From the NCBI GenBank assembly GCA_025449555.1, contig JANWJD010000223.1:1185-65184 (forward strand): a DNA stretch of 64,000 nt, written 5' to 3'. Positions 28,426-37,041 of this stretch are shown in pieces. Within the stretch, counting starts at the first letter, position 1, and each line of letters starts with the position of its first letter. The notes under the pieces were generated by a model that worked only from the letters and a program-made list of their open reading frames with translations, did not search any database and had not been told where the DNA came from. A program made the translations under genes and the position numbers. Source of the DNA: Chloroflexota bacterium. GTDB lineage: Bacteria > Chloroflexota > UBA5177.

Positions 28426-29118
28426 TCAGTCGACTGGACACGGACGGTTGAATCGAAGGACGTGAGCGAGCACGAGGTGGAGGGGGCGAGGGATTCGAGC
28501 AGGTGCGAGCGCGTCGACCAGTAAGCGTGCATAGCGAATCTTGCGGGTAGCGCCGCTTCCCATAAAGCGCCGCAGCTGGTCTTCGAGCCTCCGCCCTCGC
28601 CACGCCGGCTGCTTTTGCAAGGTGCGAAAAGAGTCGAGTTCGCCCTGGACGTCAATCACCGCCTCGACTGAGGCAGCGCCGAGCGCCCGAATCAGCTCGT
28701 CCTCCAAATCGACCACACACACGTAGAACCCCAGTTCCTCCATATCGGTCCGAGTCAGCGAGGAGCCGAACCCGGCTCGCTGGAGCGCACGGCAGATCAC
28801 GCTCTCCTCCCCCATGTCGTACAGTCCGGCGATCCCCACGTTCGCCCCGTGCGGGCCGAATTGCGAGAGGAAGCGTCCAAGTGCGTGCGCTCCTCCCATA
28901 GACACGACGGAGACACCCTCGCTCGTGAGATTTCGGCCGAGGCGCGTCGCGAGGGTCTCGATCGCAATCTGATCGCTGATCCCTTCGACCAGTACAACCG
29001 ACCGGGTATCGACAGCGGCGATGTCTGGAATCCCTTCGAAAAAGTCATGTACGCATCCAGTCGATGGCGCACGATGCGGCTCATGGTCGCATAAATCAGT
29101 TCCTCGCTCGTCTCGCAC
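28426..29118 (-). CDS. stand-alone OLD-type Toprim domain protein
   Basis: VVLVEGISDQIAIETLATRLG (Toprim Glu), VSVVSMGGAHALGRF, GIAGLYDMGEE, CVVDLEDELI. No ATPase domain. Lies 43 nt downstream of the MshC-like gene. Confidence 0.65.
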   Translation of the reverse strand: MRDERGTDLCDHEPHRAPSTGCVHDFFEGIPDIAAVDTRSVVLVEGISDQIAIETLATRLGRNLTSEGVSVVSMGGAHALGRFLSQFGPHGANVGIAGLYDMGEESVICRALQRAGFGSSLTRTDMEELGFYVCVVDLEDELIRALGAASVEAVIDVQGELDSFRTLQKQPAWRGRRLEDQLRRFMGSGATRKIRYARLLVDALAPARIPRPLHLVLAHVLRFNRPCPVD

Positions 29119-29160
29119 AGCTGCTCGTACTCCGTGCGCGCCGCCTGCTCTGACCCGACC

Positions 29161-30408
29161 TCAGCGCGTTCGGTTGCCATGCAACGTCAAGGCAGTCCGC
29201 GCTGGTTCGAAGGTCAGTCCCAGCACTCCTCCCAACTCTCGCAGCAGATCTTGAGCCGGGCCGACGTCGTACCCATTTCGCGATGCATCCTGGATTGCGC
29301 CGGCCAGATCCGTGAGTACGCTCAGCGCTCCCGGCGTATCCAGGTCGTCGTTCATGCGCTCCCCAAACCGAACTCGGAAATCCGCCGTCGTGAGAGGTGC
29401 TCCGCCTGAACTCTTGAGCGTCAATATCTCTCGCAGCATGCTTGCTCTGCCTGCTGCCGCCTGAAATGCCTCCTCGCTCCAGTGAAGTTCTGAGCGATAG
29501 TGACCACTTGAGACGTAGATCCTGACGGCGTCGGTTCCGCTGCTACGGATCAAATCGCGCACAAACACCATGTTTCCCAACGACTTTGACATCTTTTCGC
29601 CGTCCATATAGACCATGCCGGTATGCATCCACGTGCGCACGAACGGGCGGACATGATTACTGGCTTCAGACTGCGCAATCTCGCTCTCGTGGTGTGGAAA
29701 AATCAGGTCACTTCCTCCGCCGTGGATGTCGATGGGGGAGCCCAGGTACTTGAGCGCCATGGCGCTACACTCCAGATGCCATCCGGGTAATCCCTCGCCC
29801 CACGGGCTCTCGGCGTGGAACTCGTCGGCCCCGGATGGACGCCATAGGAGAAAATCGAGTGGATCCTCCTTCCGGGGGTCCTCCGGGTCGCCACCGCGCT
29901 CCCGTGCCAGCGCGAGCATCGTCGGGCGGTCGAGCTTCGAGAGTTCTCCGTACTCGGGGTCGGAGGCGACGCGGAAGTACACGCGACCATCCACCGGGTA
30001 GGCGTGTCCGTCGTCGATCAGTCCTTCCGCTATGCAGAGCATTTCCGGAATCTCGTCACTGGCCTGGGGATAGAGGTCCGCAGGCAAGACGTTCAGCGTC
30101 CGCATGTCTTCCATATAGCGGGCTGTTTCGCGAACCGCCAATACTCGATATGAAATACCGAGTTGTCGCGCCTTCTCGAATAGCGGGTCGTCCACATCCG
30201 TAATGTTCTGGACGTATCTGACTCGATAGCCCAGAGAACCAAGATGCCGTATCAGGGTGTCGAATGCGACGTAAGTAAAGGCATGTCCCAGGTGAGCTGT
30301 GTCGTACGGTGTCACTCCACAGACGTAGAGTTTCACGTCCATTCCCACTGGCGTGAAATCTCGTACTGTTCCTGAAAGCGTATCGTGGAGTCGAAGTCCG
30401 TTCGCCAT
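29161..30408 (-). CDS. mshC: MshC-family cysteine ligase (CysRS paralogue)
   Basis: 415 aa. YVCGVTPYDTAHLGHAFTYV, YVQNITDVDDPLFEKA, ERGGDPEDPRKEDPLDFLLWR, PGWHLECSAMA, DIHGGGSDLIFPHHE and KMSKSLGN closely track my recollection of actinobacterial MshC rather than CysRS. The CysRS C-terminal extension is missing. Confidence 0.8.
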   Translation of the reverse strand: MANGLRLHDTLSGTVRDFTPVGMDVKLYVCGVTPYDTAHLGHAFTYVAFDTLIRHLGSLGYRVRYVQNITDVDDPLFEKARQLGISYRVLAVRETARYMEDMRTLNVLPADLYPQASDEIPEMLCIAEGLIDDGHAYPVDGRVYFRVASDPEYGELSKLDRPTMLALARERGGDPEDPRKEDPLDFLLWRPSGADEFHAESPWGEGLPGWHLECSAMALKYLGSPIDIHGGGSDLIFPHHESEIAQSEASNHVRPFVRTWMHTGMVYMDGEKMSKSLGNMVFVRDLIRSSGTDAVRIYVSSGHYRSELHWSEEAFQAAAGRASMLREILTLKSSGGAPLTTADFRVRFGERMNDDLDTPGALSVLTDLAGAIQDASRNGYDVGPAQDLLRELGGVLGLTFEPARTALTLHGNRTR

Positions 30409-30638
30409 GCGGGGTCCGTCCCTCGTCCGAGGTCGCGCCCGGAGCGCATGAGGTTTCGACGAATCCTAGCATCCGGTGCGTCTGTCCACTTTCGGCGACG
30501 AGTTGTGGCACACTCCAGATTCGGCGATCTCACGAAGTACAATCGAATGGCGACTGCGGGGCCGGCCATTCCGTTACGGAGTGAGGTGGCCCGACTTTAA
30601 GAAAACGCAAGGTCGCGCTCAGCGAAAGGGAGGACCGG

Positions 30639-30905
30639 GTGAGTGAGAGTCCAGGGGAGCGACGTCTCGACGCGGAGGAAGTCAACCGACTCGCATCCGA
30701 GTTGGACGGCATGCCGTTCCACGCCGAGCCGGTGGCAGATGACAAGAGAGTGGAAACGGGCACCACTGCCAGTCACGATCTGGCTGAGAGTCCGGAACAC
30801 TTGCAACCGGACCCGGTGGTCTTCCCACCCGAGCCCGATACCCTCGAAGAAATTGGCGGGTCAGCGGAAGAACGATCAGCTTTGCGCGAAGAGGAATCTG
30901 GCTGA
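30639..30905 (+). CDS. small acidic hypothetical protein
   Basis: GTG start preceded by AAGGGAGG. 88 aa, strongly acidic. No family recognised. Confidence 0.45.
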   Translation: MSESPGERRLDAEEVNRLASELDGMPFHAEPVADDKRVETGTTASHDLAESPEHLQPDPVVFPPEPDTLEEIGGSAEERSALREEESG

Positions 30906-30930
30906 CGCGATCGAAGGAGACCAGTGAGGC

Positions 30931-31443
30931 ATGGAAGATACAACACAGAGTTACAAATCTCGTGAGAATCTATGGGACGAACAATGGCCGAACGAACGTG
31001 CGGGAGACTCCGAGCCCGAATTCGATAGCGACGACGAAGGGGAGGTGACTGCCTATCCCGGCGTCGTGGGGACGACCGATCCGATCGAATCGGCGCGTGA
31101 TGCGGAGCCGTATGATCCTCCGACGGACCCTCCGGTCCTGCCGGGAGGAAGGTATGGAGTTCACATTGCGACCGGCTTTGGGGAGTCGGCGCTGGAAGAG
31201 GCAACAGTCGACGACGACACCAGAGACGACGAAGATGTACATCGCGAAGTTGTCCTGACCTTGCATCACGACTCGCTGACTTCCAAATATCCGCTGCACG
31301 CCGCGGTAGTGAACGGCGTCGTCCGGCTCACGGGGCGCATTCCTTCGGCGGACGACGCCGAGTATGCACAGACCCTGCTCTCCAACGTGCCGGGCGTGGT
31401 GGATGTGGTGGACGACACGACGATAGATCCAAACGTGGAGTAG
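30931..31443 (+). CDS. BON domain-containing protein
   Basis: Acidic N-terminal half (YDPPTDPPVLPGG), then BON-like VVNGVVRLTGRIPSADDAEYAQTLLSNVPGVVDVVDD. GAAGGAGA RBS upstream. Confidence 0.75.
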   Translation: MEDTTQSYKSRENLWDEQWPNERAGDSEPEFDSDDEGEVTAYPGVVGTTDPIESARDAEPYDPPTDPPVLPGGRYGVHIATGFGESALEEATVDDDTRDDEDVHREVVLTLHHDSLTSKYPLHAAVVNGVVRLTGRIPSADDAEYAQTLLSNVPGVVDVVDDTTIDPNVE

Positions 31444-31489
31444 CACCGAGCACCGTATCGGCTGTCTCGACACGGCTCGGCGCACTGCA

Positions 31490-33706
31490 ATGCTTCAACA
31501 ACTCGGCCGTTTCATGTACCGCTCGCGGTGGACAGTGGTCGCGGTCTGGATCGCAGTTTTTGGCCTGGCGTCCATCTTCGCTCCGCGAGTGTCGGGTGTG
31601 CTGCGCGGCGGCGGCTACACCATTGGCAATAGCGAATCAATTGTCGCCTATAACACCCTGCACGATGCTTACGGGTACCGCGCCCTCACTTTTAGTGTGG
31701 CGATCACGGTCCCGCCCTCCCAGGCACATGCGGGCATGGCCGCTGCCCGGCGCTTCCGCCGGCTTACCCTCGAACGATTTGGTCGAACGCTGTCCGTCAG
31801 TGAGCCGGTCTGGACGCCCGATCATGCAGTGATTCTGGAAAGAATCTACAGCGCGCCGCAGGACGATTTCGGCGCGAGTTTTGCCGCCCCGCTGCAAACC
31901 TTACTTCCACAGGGACCCGTACGTGGATACCTCACTGGCCCCTCGGCGATTTTTCACGATATGGAGACCGTAAGTGATGGAGACTTACGCCGGGTTGAGA
32001 TCGTCACCCTTCCGATCGCCCTGATCGTGCTGTTGCTTATCTTTGGGTCGGTGGTCGCATCGCTGACTCCCGTCCTCATGGCGCCCGTGGCCGTGACCAT
32101 CGCCCTGGCTGTCATCTACTTTCTGGGGCACCGCATCGACATGTCGATTTTCGTGCTGAATACGACCTCGATGCTCGGTCTGGGGGTAGCGATCGATTAC
32201 TCCCTGTTCATGGTCAATCGCTTCCGCAGCGAGCTCTCGCTCGGGCGAGACCTGGAGACTGCAGTCGGGAACACCGTCACCACCTCGGGAAGGGCGATTC
32301 TGGTATCCGCGGTCGTGGTCAGCGTCGGATTTTTTGGGCTCACTCTGTCCGGGGTATCGATGCTGCGTTCCCTGGGTATAGGTGGCAGCATTGTTACGAT
32401 CTTCTCTTTACTAACCGCGCTGACGCTGCTCCCCGCGCTGCTTGGGATCATGGGCGAGCGCATAAATCTGCTGCCGGTCGTTCCCAGTCGATTTCAACGG
32501 AGCCATGTCTGGCGCGACATTGCGTTGAGGGTCATGCGCCGACCGGTCCGCATCATTGCCGTCGTGTCGATCGTGATCGTCATCGTGGCGTGGCCCGCAT
32601 TTCACCTGCGCGTCGGGATCCCCGGGCCCGAGATCTTGCCCTCCTCGGTTAATTCGCGCGCCGGTAACGACATTTTGGGGCAACATCTGGGTGTCGTAAA
32701 TCGCTCGCCGGTGCTGGTGGTGGTGCAGCGACACGCCGGCACCCCGATTTCGACCTATCAATCCACTATTTTTGCTGTACTGGACCGCATTTGTACCTCT
32801 CCAGAAGTCGCGGGCATCGCCGCGATCCCGGTGCCTGATTCACCCTCGGCATTGCACTCCTGCGATTCGGCATTGGCGGCGTCCCAGAATGCGTCGTCTG
32901 CTCAACGAGCGCAATTTCAGCTGCAGGCGGCAAAACATCGGGTCGGGCTGGTCTCAGTTTTCCTCAAGTCCGGCCCATCCAGTGCTGCCGCTGAGCACTA
33001 TGTGACCTCGTTGAGGAACGCGCCGTCCATTCCCGGATACTCGATCCTGATCGGGGGACAAACCGCGGGTCAAATGGATTTCGATCACTACCTCTACTCC
33101 CGGTTCCCGCTCGTGATCGGATTCGTCACCCTCATCATTTATCTCGTGTTGCTCATAGCGTTTCGCTCTGTGCTCTTACCGCTCAAGGCCATTTTGATGA
33201 ACGTATTCTCGGTGCTCGCCGCGTATGGTGCCGTCGTCTTTGCGTTTCAGGACGGTCATCTCGCTCGGCTGCTGGACTTCACGAGCGTGGGGAACGTGGA
33301 TTCAATCGTGCCGGTCTTTCTGTTTTGCGTGCTCTTCGGAATCAGTACCGACTACGAGGTGTTCCTGCTGACGCGCGTGCAGGAGGAGTATCGGATCACC
33401 GGCAACAACGAGGAAAGCGTAGCCGCCGGCCTGGCAGTGACCGGCCGCATCATCACGAGTGCCGCCGCTGTCATGATGGTTGTCTTCGGAGCCTTCGCCT
33501 TTGCCCGACTCGTCGTAATCAAACAGGTTGGACTTGGCCTCGCCATTGCAGTGTTGGTTGACGCTACCCTCATTCGAGTGTTGCTGGTTCCTGCGACCAT
33601 GCGATTGTTGGGTCGCTGGAATTGGTGGTTGCCTATCCGGGGATTCCCACGCCTCGAAGGCAGGGGCGAGCCATCGCTGCGTGGCAAGTCGCCTGCAGCC
33701 GAGTAA
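31490..33706 (+). CDS. MMPL-family (RND superfamily) transporter
   Basis: 738 aa with two 6-TM bundles and MMPL-typical strings (GVAIDYSLFMVNRFR, GISTDYEVFLLTRVQEE). Confidence 0.9.
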   Translation: MLQQLGRFMYRSRWTVVAVWIAVFGLASIFAPRVSGVLRGGGYTIGNSESIVAYNTLHDAYGYRALTFSVAITVPPSQAHAGMAAARRFRRLTLERFGRTLSVSEPVWTPDHAVILERIYSAPQDDFGASFAAPLQTLLPQGPVRGYLTGPSAIFHDMETVSDGDLRRVEIVTLPIALIVLLLIFGSVVASLTPVLMAPVAVTIALAVIYFLGHRIDMSIFVLNTTSMLGLGVAIDYSLFMVNRFRSELSLGRDLETAVGNTVTTSGRAILVSAVVVSVGFFGLTLSGVSMLRSLGIGGSIVTIFSLLTALTLLPALLGIMGERINLLPVVPSRFQRSHVWRDIALRVMRRPVRIIAVVSIVIVIVAWPAFHLRVGIPGPEILPSSVNSRAGNDILGQHLGVVNRSPVLVVVQRHAGTPISTYQSTIFAVLDRICTSPEVAGIAAIPVPDSPSALHSCDSALAASQNASSAQRAQFQLQAAKHRVGLVSVFLKSGPSSAAAEHYVTSLRNAPSIPGYSILIGGQTAGQMDFDHYLYSRFPLVIGFVTLIIYLVLLIAFRSVLLPLKAILMNVFSVLAAYGAVVFAFQDGHLARLLDFTSVGNVDSIVPVFLFCVLFGISTDYEVFLLTRVQEEYRITGNNEESVAAGLAVTGRIITSAAAVMMVVFGAFAFARLVVIKQVGLGLAIAVLVDATLIRVLLVPATMRLLGRWNWWLPIRGFPRLEGRGEPSLRGKSPAAE

Positions 33707-33786
33707 CGAATATTGACGCCCATTCTGGCGCTTCGTCAAGTAATCATGGTAGCGTGGGTGGTCACGTCTGAAGTTAGGGAGAACGC

Positions 33787-34455
33787 ATGGCACAACGAAC
33801 GGAACTGAAGGCCGAGATTCGTGAATTGCTGGGAAAGAAAGTCCGAAGGCTACGTGCCCAGGGGATACTGCCGGCGACGGTCTACGGTCACAACGTAAAC
33901 CCGCTATCCATCCAGGTCGACGCGCGCGACTTTCGCACGTTGCTGAGGTCCCAGGGTCGCACTCAACTTATCAACCTCCTGGTTGGGAGTGAACGACCCA
34001 GGCCGGTGTTCATCAAACAGACCGCCGTGGATGCGAAGCGCAATGCTTTGCTTCATGTCGAGTTCTTTCAGGCCAACCTGCGAGAGAAGGTCACTACGCA
34101 CCTTCCACTGCATTTCGTGGGTGTCTCGCCTGCCGTGCGGGAGGGGGGTATCCTCCTGACGCTGCTCGATCACATCGATATCGAGTGCCTGCCGGACGAC
34201 GTACCGGCCGGTGGTATCGAAGTTGACGTGAGTCAGATCGCTGAGATCAACGGAACCACTCACGTGAGCGATCTCACGATTCCCGGAAACGTCACCTTGT
34301 TGACCCCGCTCGATGAGATCGTCGCCAAGGTCGATGCTCCCATCTCCGAGGCAGCGCTCGAAGAGGACCTCGCCGAAGCCGAACCGGTTCCCGAGGCCGC
34401 AGCCGAAGAAGGAGCTTCCACCGCCGAATCCGAGGAAGCCGTTCCAGAGGCCTGA
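33787..34455 (+). CDS. rplY: 50S ribosomal protein L25/general stress protein Ctc
   Basis: RRLRAQGILPATVYG N-terminus, Ctc-type C-terminal domain and acidic tail. Confidence 0.9.
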   Translation: MAQRTELKAEIRELLGKKVRRLRAQGILPATVYGHNVNPLSIQVDARDFRTLLRSQGRTQLINLLVGSERPRPVFIKQTAVDAKRNALLHVEFFQANLREKVTTHLPLHFVGVSPAVREGGILLTLLDHIDIECLPDDVPAGGIEVDVSQIAEINGTTHVSDLTIPGNVTLLTPLDEIVAKVDAPISEAALEEDLAEAEPVPEAAAEEGASTAESEEAVPEA

Positions 34456-34487
34456 TCCACTGTTCAGTTGATTTGAATCGCCGAGAG

Positions 34488-34520
34488 GTCACGGATTCGT
34501 CCGTGGCGCTCTCTCATTTC
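34488..34520 (+). terminator. weak hairpin between convergent rplY and the glycosyltransferase gene
   Basis: GTCACGGA-TTCG-TCCGTGGC stem-loop (34488-34507), followed by GCTCTCTCATTTC. The U-tract is poor. Confidence 0.3.
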
Positions 34521-35707
34521 TACCCGACCCATCCACCGCTGAGGTGAACTGCCGCCGCCCCCGTCATGAGGGCGCTCGAGACGGTGATCCACCCGGCGAA
34601 TTGTCGGGGAGCGAGGCGGCTCGCAGCCCATCCCGCTAAAGGGAAAAGTGCGAGCACGAATCGATCGACCGAACTGAATGGGGCGAAATAGCCGTCCCGC
34701 CACTCCGGCGTGCTCAGGACGACGATCCAGAATCCGACGCAGTATACGACGACGGATGGAGCAAGATAGCGCCACGCGCCATAGGTCAACCCCAGGAAAA
34801 GCAAAGTAGTGCTCAATTGCACGAGGTTCTCGGCGGTCCATCCCGCGTTGAATGTCGCATGGTGCACCAGGTATTGCAGGGAGGTCGAAAAACCTGTCCA
34901 GGGATAGGTTAGCGATCGATGCCAGCGCTCTTCCGAACCGATCACCTGCCAGAGTGGCAGTCGCTGCCACAGCAAGTACCCAACATACCCCGCGACCGCG
35001 CATGCAGCCGGTCCAAAGGCGACGGCAAAGCGATGAGGACCTCGCCAGAGGCTAGACATTAAGAGTGGTGCGACCAAAATAAGCCCGGTCGAGCGCGTGA
35101 GAACCGCTACGGCCAGCCAAAGACCGGCCGGCGCAAGCTGCCCGCGTTGGCAGTGATACAACACCGCGATTGCGGCGAGCAAAAAGAGGGCTTCGGTATA
35201 CGGGGCAAAGGTAAAAAATGCCGTCGGGAACAGCGCGAACAGCCACACGCCGCGACGGGCGAGCGCCGGGCCCCATTGCAGCGACAGCAGTCCTCGCAGG
35301 TACGCTAGAGCCGCGGCAATGCAAAGATTTGCGATGACGAGTCCTGCAGCCACTGCCGGCATACCCGTCCCCATGACAAGATGAATGAGCGCGGGATAGA
35401 GCGGGAAGAAGGCCAGTGCCGGCTTCCCGTCCAGACTCCAGCTATACCCGTGCGTCGCGATTCCGGTGTACCACTGCGCGTCCAGCACATCCCACAACGC
35501 AAGAGGAGAGCGGTGTCGAATCAACGCCAGCGCCACCGTCAACCCAATCAGCAGGGCTCGGCTCAGCACGAATGGCGGTAGGACGTCACGAACGCAAATC
35601 TGAAGCGAGATCCACAGTTCGCGAAATCGTGCAGTCGGCCAATATGTGGTTGTTGGCGATCGTGCTGGTGTCGCTATTGTGGCGTCTTCCGTCGCTGTTC
35701 GACCCAC
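34520..35707 (-). CDS. PIG-V-like integral membrane mannosyltransferase family protein (GT-C)
   Basis: WDVLDAQWYTGIATHGYSW...ALAFFPLYPALIHLV signature and multiple TM segments. As called, it overlaps the divergent gene by 64 nt, so GTG 35593 is a possible alternative start. Confidence 0.7.
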   Translation of the reverse strand: MGRTATEDATIATPARSPTTTYWPTARFRELWISLQICVRDVLPPFVLSRALLIGLTVALALIRHRSPLALWDVLDAQWYTGIATHGYSWSLDGKPALAFFPLYPALIHLVMGTGMPAVAAGLVIANLCIAAALAYLRGLLSLQWGPALARRGVWLFALFPTAFFTFAPYTEALFLLAAIAVLYHCQRGQLAPAGLWLAVAVLTRSTGLILVAPLLMSSLWRGPHRFAVAFGPAACAVAGYVGYLLWQRLPLWQVIGSEERWHRSLTYPWTGFSTSLQYLVHHATFNAGWTAENLVQLSTTLLFLGLTYGAWRYLAPSVVVYCVGFWIVVLSTPEWRDGYFAPFSSVDRFVLALFPLAGWAASRLAPRQFAGWITVSSALMTGAAAVHLSGGWVG

Positions 35708-37041
35708 CGTGGGTCAACGATGAGGGCACTTATTTCGCCATAGCGCAGGCGATGGGACACGGATACCGGTTGTACGCCGATGTCTGGGAGAACAAACCAC
35801 CCGGTATCTACCTGTTGTACAGCGCAGTCTATCACTCGTTTGGGACATCAGTAGTTGGCCTTCGGGTCGTTGCGACCATTCTCACGATTGCGCTTGTACT
35901 TCTCACCTATCGCCTCGCTGATCGGGCAGCAGGCACGCAGGGAGCGGTAATTGCCGCCCTTATCGTGGGTCTCCTCCTGGGAGTGCCGTTCCTGGAAGGT
36001 ACGACCTTGAACGCCGAGCTTCCGCTAGCGGTGCTCACCGCGTCCGCGGTGTATGCCGTGGTGGAGCAGAGCCGTCCGACAACTGCCGGCATCTGCATGG
36101 CAGTCGCCCTCGCGTTCAAGGCGGTCGCGTGCTTCGATGCCGCGGCAGTGGGCATCTGGCTCTTTCTGCACTGCCGAAATCTCCTGCTGCGCTACCTGCT
36201 CGGAATGTTGGCGGTCGGTGTGGTGGGGTGCCTCGTTGCCTGGCATGCCGGAATCCTCGGCCCCATGCTGAATGATGCACTCCTCTACGACCTTGGGTAT
36301 GTCGGACACGGCAACGGCGGCTCGCTTCCATGGTTATTGGCTATAAAGCTTTTCGCGCTGGCCCTGGCAACCCTGGCTCTGCGGCGTGCTTCGGTCGTCC
36401 ATCTCTGGGCCGTTTACTCGGTCGTGGGGGCGTTGTTCAGTGGCCGGGTATTCGGCCACTATGCCCTGCAGGCGATCGTACCCGTCACTCTTTCGAGCGT
36501 TGTACTCGCGTGCCGCGTTCTCAACACCAAGCTTCTGGTGGCACTGCCATGTATCTTTCTCGGCGCCGCCTTCGCGAGCACCGCACTCGGGTATGCACTG
36601 GCGGCGAGCGGACACGATTCGATTCTGGCACGGCGCCTCCAGTACTACGCGAATTTCGGTCGCTATGCTCTGCACACTGAGTCGTTCATGCAATACAGTG
36701 CGCAAGTTGACGACCACGTCAATCGCAATCGACAGATCGCCACAATCGTAGCGGCGCAGCCTGCCGGTACGCTGCTGGTGTGGGGGAACACGCCGTGGGT
36801 CTATGTGCTTGGTGGAAAGCTCCCGGCAGCTCCCTACACCTCTTCTGTGCGTCAGCCGGAGGTTCCGGGGGAAACCGCTGCCTTGCGGGATGCCGTCGTG
36901 CGCCGCACGCCCACGGTGGTGGTCGTGATCGATCCTGCGGCACCGCCTCTGCGACAGGCCGGGCCGGCATTGGATCGCGGCTACCGGCTCGTACGAGCCG
37001 TTGCCAATGCCAGAATCTACGCCAGCGTATCGGCGCCTTGA
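35644..37041 (+). CDS. GT39/ArnT-like dolichyl/undecaprenyl-phosphate-sugar glycosyltransferase (GT-C)
   Basis: MWLLAIVLVSLLWRLPSLFDPPWVNDEGTYFAIAQAMGHGYRLYADVWENKPPG and many TM segments. ATG 35644 is preferred over the ORF-track start at 35416. Confidence 0.8.
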   Translation: MWLLAIVLVSLLWRLPSLFDPPWVNDEGTYFAIAQAMGHGYRLYADVWENKPPGIYLLYSAVYHSFGTSVVGLRVVATILTIALVLLTYRLADRAAGTQGAVIAALIVGLLLGVPFLEGTTLNAELPLAVLTASAVYAVVEQSRPTTAGICMAVALAFKAVACFDAAAVGIWLFLHCRNLLLRYLLGMLAVGVVGCLVAWHAGILGPMLNDALLYDLGYVGHGNGGSLPWLLAIKLFALALATLALRRASVVHLWAVYSVVGALFSGRVFGHYALQAIVPVTLSSVVLACRVLNTKLLVALPCIFLGAAFASTALGYALAASGHDSILARRLQYYANFGRYALHTESFMQYSAQVDDHVNRNRQIATIVAAQPAGTLLVWGNTPWVYVLGGKLPAAPYTSSVRQPEVPGETAALRDAVVRRTPTVVVVIDPAAPPLRQAGPALDRGYRLVRAVANARIYASVSAP

